A stretch of 64,000 nt of DNA, taken from assembly GCA_050485645.1 (NCBI GenBank), contig JBJHBT010000012.1, positions 2,597-66,596 on the forward strand, given 5' to 3'. The translations under genes were made by a program, and so were the position numbers. Positions within the stretch are counted from its first letter, which is position 1. Every line of letters begins with the position of its first letter. Of this stretch, positions 26,678 through 35,372 are shown in pieces. This DNA comes from Gammaproteobacteria bacterium. GTDB taxonomy: Bacteria > Pseudomonadota > Gammaproteobacteria > Steroidobacterales > Rariloculaceae. The notes under the pieces were generated by a model. It had not been told where the DNA came from. It did no database searches and saw nothing but the letters and a program-made list of their open reading frames with translations.

Positions 26678-27688
26678 ATGCGGGAACAGCGCACCGAAGC
26701 ATCGAACGGATCGGACCATTCGCTGGTAGCGGACGATGCCGCCAGCCGCAATGTGCTGGCGCTGGCGCGGCGGGTTGCAGCGGCCGATGTCACCGTGATG
26801 CTCACGGGTGAATCCGGCGTCGGCAAGGAACTGTACGCGCGCTTCATTCACGAAAATTCCCCGCGCCGCTCACAGCCGTTCGTCGCCGTGAACTGTGCGG
26901 CGATACCGGCGTCGATGCTGGAAGCCACGCTTTTCGGTCACGACAAAGGCGCATTCACAGGCGCCGCCGATGCCCGCTCCGGAAAGTTCGAGCAGGCCGA
27001 TGGCGGCACGCTGCTGCTGGATGAAATAACCGAGATGGCGCTGGATCTCCAGGCCAAACTGCTGCGCGTTCTGCAGGAGCGTGAAGTGGAACGCCTTGGC
27101 GCGTCACGCGCGCGCCGCGTCGACGTGCGCGTCATCGCAACGTCGAATCGTGATCTGCGGCAGGCGGTGCGCGACGGCATCCTGCGCGAAGACATCTACT
27201 ATCGGCTGAACGTGTTTCCGTTGTCGATTCCACCGCTGCGGGAACGGCGCGCGGACATTGTCGTACTGGCGGAACATCTGATCGCCCGCCATGCGGGCGG
27301 TGACACGCTGCCGAAGCTCAGCGCGGGCGCCGCCCGCCACCTCGCCGACCATGACTGGCCCGGCAATGTGCGTGAGCTTGAGAATGTGATCCAGCGTGCG
27401 CTGATCCTTCAGCATGGCGGCAGCATCGAAATCGCCGATCTGCAGCTCGATGCGCTGCCGCTGCATCAGCAGCTGAACCCGGCTCAGGGCATGAATTCGG
27501 GTCAGCCGCAACACCGTGCCGATGACCTTGAGTCGTCGCTGCGCGAATCCGAGGAGCAGCTGATCCTGCATGCCCTGAAAGCCGAGTCCGGGCGCCGCGG
27601 CGCGGCCGCGCAGCGGCTTGGTATCAGCCCCAGGACGCTGCGTTACAAGCTTGCACGCATGCGCGACATGGGCGTCGCCTTGCCATAG
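26678..27688 (+). CDS. Second sigma-54-dependent activator without receiver domain (FleT-like position, first gene of the fliE operon)
   Basis: ATG 26678 with GGGAG RBS; the track TTG at 26627 lies inside the promoter. Walker [15 protein letters not shown] (HDKGAFTGA) and C-terminal [24 protein letters not shown]. About 25 aa precede the AAA+ core. Confidence 0.85.
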   Translation: MREQRTEASNGSDHSLVADDAASRNVLALARRVAAADVTVMLTGESGVGKELYARFIHENSPRRSQPFVAVNCAAIPASMLEATLFGHDKGAFTGAADARSGKFEQADGGTLLLDEITEMALDLQAKLLRVLQEREVERLGASRARRVDVRVIATSNRDLRQAVRDGILREDIYYRLNVFPLSIPPLRERRADIVVLAEHLIARHAGGDTLPKLSAGAARHLADHDWPGNVRELENVIQRALILQHGGSIEIADLQLDALPLHQQLNPAQGMNSGQPQHRADDLESSLRESEEQLILHALKAESGRRGAAAQRLGISPRTLRYKLARMRDMGVALP

Positions 27689-27761
27689 GGCGGCGGTCGG
27701 GGTGCATGAATCAGATGCGGGTTCGATCAGGTATCGCCGGATCGCAGAGGGAGAGTGAATC

Positions 27762-28073
27762 ATGAGCGACATGCGAATCGATCAGGTGATCGCGCAGATG
27801 CGCGAGCTCGCCGCGCGAACCGGCGCGCCGGAAACGACGCAGTCGAACGGCACACAGTTCGCCGGTCTGCTGAAGACCACGCTGGAGTCGGTGAATGCCG
27901 GCCAGCAGCAGGCCTCCGATCTGACGACGCGTTTTGTCAGCGGCGCGACGGACGCGAGCCTGCCGGATGTGGTCGTTGCGATCCAGAAGGCCAGTCTGCA
28001 GTTCGAGGCCGTCACCCAGGTGCGCAACCGGCTTGTGGCCGCTTATCAGGAAATCATGAACATGCCCGTGTAG
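27762..28073 (+). CDS. fliE: Flagellar hook-basal body protein FliE
   Basis: 103 aa. C-terminal VVVAIQKASLQFEAVTQVRNRLVAAYQEIMNMPV is the FliE signature. Confidence 0.95.
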   Translation: MSDMRIDQVIAQMRELAARTGAPETTQSNGTQFAGLLKTTLESVNAGQQQASDLTTRFVSGATDASLPDVVVAIQKASLQFEAVTQVRNRLVAAYQEIMNMPV

Positions 28074-28164
28074 ACGGCCACGCCGCATGGCGTGATCGCG
28101 GCACCGGCCGCCAACCGCAAGATAGAGAACAGTCGCAAGCAACCGATTCGGGGAGCCCGAGAGC

Positions 28165-29835
28165 ATGTCAGATACACTGCCTGCCGCATTGACCAGACAA
28201 CTGGCCGGACTGTCCCGGCTGCCCGCCCATCGTCAGTTCGGGCTGGTGCTGGGTCTTGCCGCCGTTGCCGCCATCGGGATCGCGCTGCTGCTGTGGGGGC
28301 TGCAGCCCCGCTACCAGACGCTGATGCACGATGCCGATGGTCGCGACGTGAGCGAAGCGATCGCCGTGCTCGATCGCAACGACATTCCGCATCGTCTCGA
28401 CCGACGCAGCGGCGCGCTGATGGTGCCCGCCAGCCTGGTCCCGCGCGCTCGTCTGAATCTCGCCAGCAGCGGTTTGCCGCGTGGTCAGGGCATGGGGTTC
28501 GAACTGCTGGAACAGGATACGCGGCTGGGTACCAGCCGCCAGCTGGAAAGCGCGCGGTTCCAGCGCGCTCTGGAAGGCGAGCTGGCACGATCCATCGTGA
28601 CGCTGGACAGCGTGGGCGCCGCCCGGGTGCATCTGGCCATGCCGCGTGAAACGGTGTTTCGCCGTGACCGCGCGCGTCCCAGTGCGTCGGTGCTGGTGAA
28701 TCTGCGTCCCGGCCGTCAGCTCGACGAGACACAGGTGGCCGGTATCGTCCACCTGGTGGCTGCCAGCGTCCCGGAACTGGAGGTGGAACAGGTGACCGTG
28801 GTCGATCAGCGCGGCCGCATGCTCAGCCAGGTGGCGGCGAGCAGTGGCGGCGCCATGCCGGCGCAGCAGCTGGAGTACACGCGGCGCATCGAAGACGCCT
28901 ATCGTCAGCGTGTCGAGGCTATTCTCGCGCCGCTGGTCGGCCCGGATGGACTGCGGGTTCAGATTACCGCCGAAGTCGATTTCACTCAGGTGGAAAGCAC
29001 GCGTGAAACCTTCGATTCCAGCAATCCGGCACTGCGCAGCGAACAGATCCGCGAGGAGGACGCCGTCGGCAGCAGCAATGGCGGGGTGCCGGGCTCGCTG
29101 ACCAATCAGCCCCCCGCGGCCGCCACGGTGGCTGCGGCGAACGGTGATCAGGACTCGGTGGCCGGTGAACCGGTTGCCGGCGCGCCAACCACCCGCAACC
29201 GTAGCAGCACACGCAACTTCGAGCTGGACAGAACCATTGATCACATCCGGCATGCACCCGCCACGCTGAAGCGTCTGTCCGTTGCCGTCGTCGTCGATCA
29301 TCGCATGGTGGCTGGCGAAGATGCGGCCGCCGCCACCCGGATGCCCTGGGATGCGGAAGGCCTTGCGCAGCTCAATGCGCTGGTGCGTGAAGCGGTGGGT
29401 CTTGACGAGCAGCGTGGCGATCGGCTCAACGTGGTCAACGCCTCGTTCCGCGATCTGGAGGTGGCCGATTCGCTGCCGGAAACACCCTTGTGGCAGATGC
29501 TCCGTCAGGAACCATGGGTGGCTGACGCGGCCCGCTATGCGCTCGCGACGCTGGGCTTTCTGATGCTGATCATGATGGTGCTGCGTCCTGCGCTGAAGTC
29601 TCTGGCGCAGCTGCCACCCGCGGCCCTGCCGGCAACCGCGGCAGCCGGCTCCCATGCCCAGGGCCTGCCGGCGCCGGCTGGCGCCGCGCTGACCCGGCAG
29701 GCGGATGCCTCGGCCAGGCAGGCGGCGGATGCGTCTGCCGAACAGGACCTTGGCAAGGCGCGCCAGCTGGCCACGCAGGATCCGCGCATGGTCGCGCAGG
29801 TGGTCCGTCAATGGATGAATGAAGATGGTCAATGA
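28165..29835 (+). CDS. fliF: Flagellar MS-ring protein FliF
   Basis: 556 aa with an N-terminal TM segment. GFELLEQDTRLGTSRQLESARFQRALEGELARSI and HLAMPRETVFRRDRARPSASVLVNL are typical FliF. Confidence 0.95.
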   Translation: MSDTLPAALTRQLAGLSRLPAHRQFGLVLGLAAVAAIGIALLLWGLQPRYQTLMHDADGRDVSEAIAVLDRNDIPHRLDRRSGALMVPASLVPRARLNLASSGLPRGQGMGFELLEQDTRLGTSRQLESARFQRALEGELARSIVTLDSVGAARVHLAMPRETVFRRDRARPSASVLVNLRPGRQLDETQVAGIVHLVAASVPELEVEQVTVVDQRGRMLSQVAASSGGAMPAQQLEYTRRIEDAYRQRVEAILAPLVGPDGLRVQITAEVDFTQVESTRETFDSSNPALRSEQIREEDAVGSSNGGVPGSLTNQPPAAATVAAANGDQDSVAGEPVAGAPTTRNRSSTRNFELDRTIDHIRHAPATLKRLSVAVVVDHRMVAGEDAAAATRMPWDAEGLAQLNALVREAVGLDEQRGDRLNVVNASFRDLEVADSLPETPLWQMLRQEPWVADAARYALATLGFLMLIMMVLRPALKSLAQLPPAALPATAAAGSHAQGLPAPAGAALTRQADASARQAADASAEQDLGKARQLATQDPRMVAQVVRQWMNEDGQ

Positions 29836-30826
29836 GGTTCTTAGCATGGATGGCGCAACGCGTGCCGCGGTGTTTCTGATGAGTCTGGGCGAGGACACTG
29901 CTTCGGCCGTGCTCAAGCACCTCGGTCCCAAGGAAGTACAGCAGATCGGGATGACCATGGCGACACTGCCATCGGTGTCGCGTACGGACATTCGCAAGGT
30001 GGTGACGGACTTCAATGCGGCTGTCGACGGCGGTGGCGGCATCAGCGTGCCGGGCGAGGAATACCTGCGCAAGGTGCTGACGCAGGCGGTTGGCGAACAG
30101 CAGGCACGCGGACTTGTGGATCGCATTCTGGCCGGTACGTCATCGGGTGGCCTGGAGTCGCTGAAGTGGATGGATGGCCGTTCGGTAGCCGACATGATCC
30201 GCAATGAGCATCCGCAGATCATCGCCATTGTGGTGTCCTATCTGAACAGCGACCGAGCGGCCGATGTGCTGACCCATCTGCCCGACGCGGTGCGCAGTGA
30301 CGTGATCATGCGTGTTGCGTCGCTCGAAAGTATCAATCCGAACGCGCTGCAGGAACTGGACAGGATTCTCGAACGGCAGTTCTCCGGCAGCACCACCAGC
30401 AACGCGGCTATCAGCGGTGGCCTCAAGCGTGCGGCCGACATACTGAACTTCATGGACAGCTCGGATGAGGAATCCATCCTCGCCACCATTCGCGGCAGTG
30501 ACGAAGTGCTCAGTACCAAGATCCAGGAGCTGATGTTCACGTTCGACAATCTGCTGGAGCTGGACGATCGCAGCATCCAGCGTGTGCTGCGTGAAGTTTC
30601 CAGCGAGCAGCTTGTGCCGGCCATGAAGGGTGCGACACCGGAAATCAGGGAGCTGCTGCTGAAGAATATGTCCAAGCGTGCCGCCGAGGCGCTGGTCGAA
30701 GATCTGGAACTGCGCGGTCCGATGCGTGTCTCGGATGTGGAAGCCGCGCAGAAGGACATTCTCGCCGTGGTGCGCAGGCTCGCGGACGAAGGCGAGATCG
30801 CGCTGGGTGGCGAGGCCTATGTCTGA
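29819..30826 (+). CDS. fliG: Flagellar motor switch protein FliG
   Basis: GATRAAVFLMSLGEDTASAVLKHLGPKEVQQIG and C-terminal MSKRAAEALVEDLELRGPMRVSDVEAAQKDIL. The start could be 29846 (GAGG RBS 8 nt upstream). Confidence 0.93.
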   Translation: MKMVNEVLSMDGATRAAVFLMSLGEDTASAVLKHLGPKEVQQIGMTMATLPSVSRTDIRKVVTDFNAAVDGGGGISVPGEEYLRKVLTQAVGEQQARGLVDRILAGTSSGGLESLKWMDGRSVADMIRNEHPQIIAIVVSYLNSDRAADVLTHLPDAVRSDVIMRVASLESINPNALQELDRILERQFSGSTTSNAAISGGLKRAADILNFMDSSDEESILATIRGSDEVLSTKIQELMFTFDNLLELDDRSIQRVLREVSSEQLVPAMKGATPEIRELLLKNMSKRAAEALVEDLELRGPMRVSDVEAAQKDILAVVRRLADEGEIALGGEAYV

Positions 30827-31559
30827 GGTCGGCGCACACACGCAACACCGCGCAGCGAACCGTGTCACCGGCATCGCCGATGTCACGGATGTCACGGATG
30901 TCAGCGACGTCACCGGCGCTGCCGGTGTCGCGGCAGGTGAGCCCGGGGTGGCACGCTGGCAGGCGCCGCCGATCACCGGCACCGCGGCGCGCGAAACGTC
31001 CGGCGGCGGTACGCAGCCGCTGACCGCACAGCGCCTGGCGCAGATCGAGGACGAAGCCCGACGCGAAGGTTACCGTGCGGGCCTGGAGGAGGGTCGGCAG
31101 GCCGGGGCCCATGAACTGGCGCATCAGGGACGACGTCTGGAACGTCTCATGGCCACTATCGATCCGCGCAGCAATGTGCTCGACGACGCGCTGCTCGATC
31201 AGCTCGGTGAACTGGTGCTGGTGATTGCCCGGCAGCTCATTCGCCGTGAGCTGAAGCGGGAGCCGGGCGAGATCGTTCAGGTCATCCGGGAAGCGCTGAC
31301 GGTGCTGCCGGTTTCCGATGCCGCCATCAGGCTGTATCTGCATCCGGATGATGCGGCGCTGGTTCGCAGTGTGCTGCGACCCGACGGCATGGAGCGGCCG
31401 CTGCACATCCAGGAGGAACTCACGATGACGCCGGGTGGCGCCAGGATCGAGACGGAAACGTCGCTGGTGGATGCCACCGTGGAAGCGCGCATCAACGCGA
31501 TCGCCGCACGGATTCTTGGCGACGAACGAGGCAATGGCGGTGGCGGCGAAGGTGATTGA
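30819..31559 (+). CDS. fliH: Flagellar export apparatus protein FliH
   Basis: ATG at 30819 overlaps the fliG stop. EARREGYRAGLEEGRQAG and LVLVIARQLIRRELKREPGEIVQVIREAL are FliH-like. The track start at 30678 lies inside fliG. Confidence 0.85.
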   Translation: MSEVGAHTQHRAANRVTGIADVTDVTDVSDVTGAAGVAAGEPGVARWQAPPITGTAARETSGGGTQPLTAQRLAQIEDEARREGYRAGLEEGRQAGAHELAHQGRRLERLMATIDPRSNVLDDALLDQLGELVLVIARQLIRRELKREPGEIVQVIREALTVLPVSDAAIRLYLHPDDAALVRSVLRPDGMERPLHIQEELTMTPGGARIETETSLVDATVEARINAIAARILGDERGNGGGGEGD

Positions 31560-32964
31560 GCTGGAAGACAGCCCCGGTCTGACGCACCGCAGGGCGCATG
31601 CCCTGGCGCGCGTGGCCGAATGGCGCGAAGCGGCGAATCAGCGTGTGCCGCTGATCGCCGAGGGCCGGCTGGTGTCGATGGTGGGCATGACGCTGGAAGC
31701 GGTGGGCTGTGAGGTGCCGGTCGGCGGGCGATGCCGGATCGTCGGGCACGATCGGCGCAGCATCGAAGCAGAGGCCGTCGGCTTTGCCGGCGACCGGCTG
31801 TACCTGATGCCGGTGGGCCGCATCGGCGGTCTGATGCCCAAATCCCGTGTCATTCCCACCTCTCTGCGGCATTCGGTGCCGGTGGGTGACGCGCTGCTCG
31901 GCAGGGTCGTCAATCCGTTCGGTGAGCCGCTGGATGATGGTGAGCCGCCGCGCTGCCCGGACAGGGCGCCGCTGGAAGGCCAGCGGATCAATCCGCTGGG
32001 CCGTGACCCGGTGCGACAGACACTGGATGTGGGTGTGCGCACCATCAACTCGCTGTTCACCATAGGTCGCGGGCAGCGTATCGGGCTGTTCGCCGGCAGT
32101 GGTGTCGGCAAGAGCGTGCTGCTGGGCATGATGGCGCGCTTCACATCGGCCGATGTGATTGTCGTCGGGCTGATTGGCGAGCGTGGCCGCGAAGTCAACG
32201 AATTCATCCGCGAAACGCTGGGCGCGGCCGGCCTTGCCCGGTCGGTCGTGGTGGTGGCACCGGCGGACGATCCGCCGCTGATGCGTCTGCAGGGCGCCAG
32301 GACCGCGACGGCGATCGCCGAACACTACCGCGATCGCGGCATGAACGTGCTGCTGCTGATGGATTCGCTGACCCGCTACGCCCAGGCACAGCGTGAGATC
32401 GGCCTGGCCATCGGCGAGCCGCCGGTGACGCGCGGGTACACGCCATCGGTTTTCGCGCGGCTGCCGCAGCTGCTGGAACGTGCCGGCAACGCGGGACCGG
32501 GCGGCGGCTCGATCACCGGCATCTACACCGTGCTCGCGGAAGGCGACGACGTGCAGGATCCGGTTGCCGATGCCGCACGCGCGGTGCTGGATGGTCACAT
32601 CGTGCTCACGCGTCGCATCGCCGAGAGCGGCCGCTATCCGGCCATCGATATCGAGGCCTCGGTGAGTCGTGTGATGCATTCCATCGTCTCCATGGAACAC
32701 CGCACGCTCGCACAGCAGTTCAGGCGGATCCATTCGTGTTACGAGCAGCACCGCGACCTGATCAGTGTCGGTGCGTATCGGCGCGGCAGCGATCCCGACG
32801 TGGATCGGGCGATCGCGCTGCGACCGGCAATGGAAAGCTTTCTCCAGCAACAGCCGGAAGCCGCTGTCGATGTGCAGCGCAGCATTGCGGAGCTGGCCGA
32901 TCTGCTGGCGGAGCCGGAAGCACCCGCTGCCGGGCCTGACGAAGGCCGCGAGGCCCGGTCATGA
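31534..32964 (+). CDS. fliI: Flagellum-specific ATPase FliI
   Basis: Walker A GSGVGKSVLLGMM and Walker B VLLLMDSLTRYAQAQREI; F1/T3SS-ATPase-like throughout. Start chosen at ATG 31534, overlapping the fliH end. Confidence 0.93.
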   Translation: MAVAAKVIELEDSPGLTHRRAHALARVAEWREAANQRVPLIAEGRLVSMVGMTLEAVGCEVPVGGRCRIVGHDRRSIEAEAVGFAGDRLYLMPVGRIGGLMPKSRVIPTSLRHSVPVGDALLGRVVNPFGEPLDDGEPPRCPDRAPLEGQRINPLGRDPVRQTLDVGVRTINSLFTIGRGQRIGLFAGSGVGKSVLLGMMARFTSADVIVVGLIGERGREVNEFIRETLGAAGLARSVVVVAPADDPPLMRLQGARTATAIAEHYRDRGMNVLLLMDSLTRYAQAQREIGLAIGEPPVTRGYTPSVFARLPQLLERAGNAGPGGGSITGIYTVLAEGDDVQDPVADAARAVLDGHIVLTRRIAESGRYPAIDIEASVSRVMHSIVSMEHRTLAQQFRRIHSCYEQHRDLISVGAYRRGSDPDVDRAIALRPAMESFLQQQPEAAVDVQRSIAELADLLAEPEAPAAGPDEGREARS

Positions 32965-33428
32965 AGCAGCGCGCCGATGCCGGTCTTGCCACGGTGCTGC
33001 GGCTCAAGACCGAGGAAGAACGGGTGGCGGCGGCCTCGCTGCGGGCCGCGCAGGCACGTCACGACGTGGAGGTTGCGCACCTGGAGACGGCACAACGTTA
33101 CCTGGATGACTATCGTCTGAGCGCGACGACTCTGAGCGCGACGACGCCGCAGTCGAATTCGCGCCTGCTGCGAGACGGTCACCGCTTTCTGCTGCAACTG
33201 GAACAGGCGCTGGTGACACAGCGTCAGGCGGTGGAAAACGAGCAGCGCAACGTCGAGTTTGCGCGCGCGCACTGGGTTGCCGCCCGCGTGCAGCGTGAGG
33301 CGATCGAGAAACTGATTGGTCGCCGCAGCGAACAGACCGAACGCGAGCAGCGCTGGCTGGAACAACGCCAGTCAGACGAACATGCCATGCAGGCGGCAGC
33401 GCGCGCGCGGGTTGTCAATCAGGGCTGA
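32961..33428 (+). CDS. fliJ: Flagellar export protein FliJ
   Basis: 155-aa coiled-coil ORF. ATGA overlap with the fliI stop. Position and heptad character fit FliJ. Confidence 0.8.
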   Translation: MKQRADAGLATVLRLKTEEERVAAASLRAAQARHDVEVAHLETAQRYLDDYRLSATTLSATTPQSNSRLLRDGHRFLLQLEQALVTQRQAVENEQRNVEFARAHWVAARVQREAIEKLIGRRSEQTEREQRWLEQRQSDEHAMQAAARARVVNQG

Positions 33429-33438
33429 GTGCGCCGGC

Positions 33439-33454
33439 TGGCACTGCGCTTGCA
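33439..33454 (+). promoter_or_regulatory. Sigma-54 promoter upstream of fliK
   Basis: TGGCAC-TGCGC-TTGCA, an exact consensus match. It starts 11 nt after the fliJ stop and about 108 nt upstream of the fliK ATG. Confidence 0.75.
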
Positions 33455-33561
33455 TAAGTTTCCGGATGAGACCCCTCGGTGGGTACCTGTGAGTACGCTC
33501 GAGCGCCGCATGGCGGCGCGCGGGCAGACGCGGATGTGACCAACACAACGGATCGGATGAC

Positions 33562-34599
33562 ATGCAGGCATTGAATACTGGCGTCGCGGACATGCTCGGC
33601 TCGGGCACTGCTGGCGCGGCGAAAGGTACCGCAGGCGGCGGGCAGGCGGTTGCCCGCCGCGGCGGTGACGACGACACACAGCCATCCGGCCGCGCCGCGC
33701 CGGCATCGGGCTGGGAAAGGGTGTGGCACGGTGCGGTCGATGGCCGGCCTTCGGGCGAGGCCGGTATGGAAGCCGGTGCCGGGTCGGCAGCGGCGACACT
33801 GACGCCCGAGGGCGCGCCGCCGCCGGCTGCGACGGATCCGGCACTGGCGGGCACGCAGCCGGACGCGCTGTGGCTGCATGCCTCACCAGTCGGCTGGGCC
33901 GCCGATATCGAAGCCGCCCTGGCCGACCCTGGCGGCGAGGAATTGCCGCTCACCGGCCGGCTGCTGCCGCCCGGCAGCCTGTATGCGCCATCCTGGCTGC
34001 TGGCCGGCCGGATGTCCGGGCACCTGGCGAATGATCCGCCGGCGTTGATGGCCGGTACGGGTCCGGCACCCGGGTCCGTATCGACCCCGACCGCTGCTGG
34101 TGTCGAAGGCGACATCCGGATCGCATTGTCCGTTCCGGGCAGCGAGCGGGGCATGCCTGCAACCCTCGAGATGCCGTCCGCCGCGCAGCCGGTTGCCGCC
34201 GGTCAGCCCGCCCGATCCATGTCGGACGCGATCGGCATGCGGTTGCAATGGATGGCACAGCACGGTCATCAGCAGGCCACTCTGCAGTTGCATCCCGAAC
34301 GGCTGGGCACACTCGACATCCGACTGCGGGTCGAGGGCGACACGGCGCACCTGCAGCTCAACGCCCATGCGCAGGCGCGGGAGTCGCTGGAGCAGGCGGC
34401 GCCACGTCTGCGCGAGATGCTCGCTGAACTCGGGCTGGCCGGTGCGCAGATTGATATTCAGACGCGTGCCGACCACCGCAACCAGCCCGGCGAAGAGCCG
34501 CAGCCGATGGCGCCCGGGTCGGCGTCGGACGACGTGCCCGAGGATGTAGCGCACGCCGTGGCCGTGGTGCCGGATCGGCTGCTCGACGTCTACGCCTGA
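33562..34599 (+). CDS. fliK: Flagellar hook-length control protein FliK
   Basis: Pro/Ala/Gly-rich N-terminal two-thirds. C-terminal Flg_hook-like domain ATLQLHPERLGTLDIRLRVEGDTAHLQLNAHAQARESLEQAAPRLREMLAELGL. Confidence 0.85.
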   Translation: MQALNTGVADMLGSGTAGAAKGTAGGGQAVARRGGDDDTQPSGRAAPASGWERVWHGAVDGRPSGEAGMEAGAGSAAATLTPEGAPPPAATDPALAGTQPDALWLHASPVGWAADIEAALADPGGEELPLTGRLLPPGSLYAPSWLLAGRMSGHLANDPPALMAGTGPAPGSVSTPTAAGVEGDIRIALSVPGSERGMPATLEMPSAAQPVAAGQPARSMSDAIGMRLQWMAQHGHQQATLQLHPERLGTLDIRLRVEGDTAHLQLNAHAQARESLEQAAPRLREMLAELGLAGAQIDIQTRADHRNQPGEEPQPMAPGSASDDVPEDVAHAVAVVPDRLLDVYA

Positions 34600-34789
34600 C
34601 TTCGAGCGGGTTGCACGGCCCGCACGTCCACCGTCGCCGTTCCGTCGCCGGCGCGTCAAGCCCTTGACGCGGCACCTCGAAATTCCCGCCGGCATGCGCC
34701 GGATGCGCTTCCCGCCGGCGCTTCGCCGAAAGTAAAAAATATCGATAAAACATCGATATACGATGCCCCGCGACGATGATCCGCGCGGC

Positions 34790-34805
34790 TGGCACGGCTC
34801 TTGCT
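34790..34805 (+). promoter_or_regulatory. Sigma-54 promoter upstream of fliL
   Basis: TGGCAC-GGCTC-TTGCT, an exact consensus match with the same spacer as the flgB promoter. About 57 nt upstream of ATG 34862, with an AT-rich island at 34728-34765 upstream. Confidence 0.8.
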
Positions 34806-34861
34806 CTGGAGACGCCATGACCGCCGCATCGGCGGTCGAGCAGGTTTTTCGGGGACACGTG

Positions 34862-35362
34862 ATGAGCGATGAACAATCCATGGCAGCTGCGCCGTCGACA
34901 GGCGGCTCGAAGTCCAGCCGCATGACTGTGGTGATCGCGGTGCTGGCGATTGCCGTCGCGGGCGGCGGCGGGGCCGTGTGGTATCTCGGCCTGGCCGGCA
35001 ATGCCGCCGACAGCGCCGCGCCGGTGGTAGCCACACCGGCGCGGCCACCGATCTATTACACGCTGGACGACAACTTCATCGTGAATTTCAGCGCCGGCAG
35101 CGGCGCCCGCTATCTGCAACTGGGCATCGATCTGATGGCGCGCGACCCGCGCACCATCGACGCGCTGCGTGCCCATGCGCCGGTCCTGCGCAACCGCCTG
35201 ATCCTGTTGCTCAGCGATCAGTCCGCGGCGGAGCTGGAAACCCGCGACGGCAAGGAGGCGCTGCAGGTTGCGGCGCTGGCCGAAGTCCATGCGGTGATGA
35301 GCGAGCTGCACAGCGGACCGCCTGTCGAGTCGCTGTACTTCACCACTTTCGTGATGCAGTGA
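34862..35362 (+). CDS. fliL: Flagellar basal body-associated protein FliL
   Basis: MSDEQS... with a single TM (MTVVIAVLAIAVAGGGGAVWYL). YYTLDDNFIVNF...RYLQLGIDLMARD is typical FliL. The track start at 34763 lies upstream of the sigma-54 promoter and is rejected. Confidence 0.88.
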   Translation: MSDEQSMAAAPSTGGSKSSRMTVVIAVLAIAVAGGGGAVWYLGLAGNAADSAAPVVATPARPPIYYTLDDNFIVNFSAGSGARYLQLGIDLMARDPRTIDALRAHAPVLRNRLILLLSDQSAAELETRDGKEALQVAALAEVHAVMSELHSGPPVESLYFTTFVMQ

Positions 35363-35372
35363 GGGCGACACG

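Noticed and set aside
28168-30228. 686-aa ORF on the minus strand, the longest in this region
   Set aside because: It is antisense to the unambiguous fliF and fliG. The translation is Arg/His/Gln/Gly-rich low complexity with no motifs, which is a typical high-GC shadow ORF.
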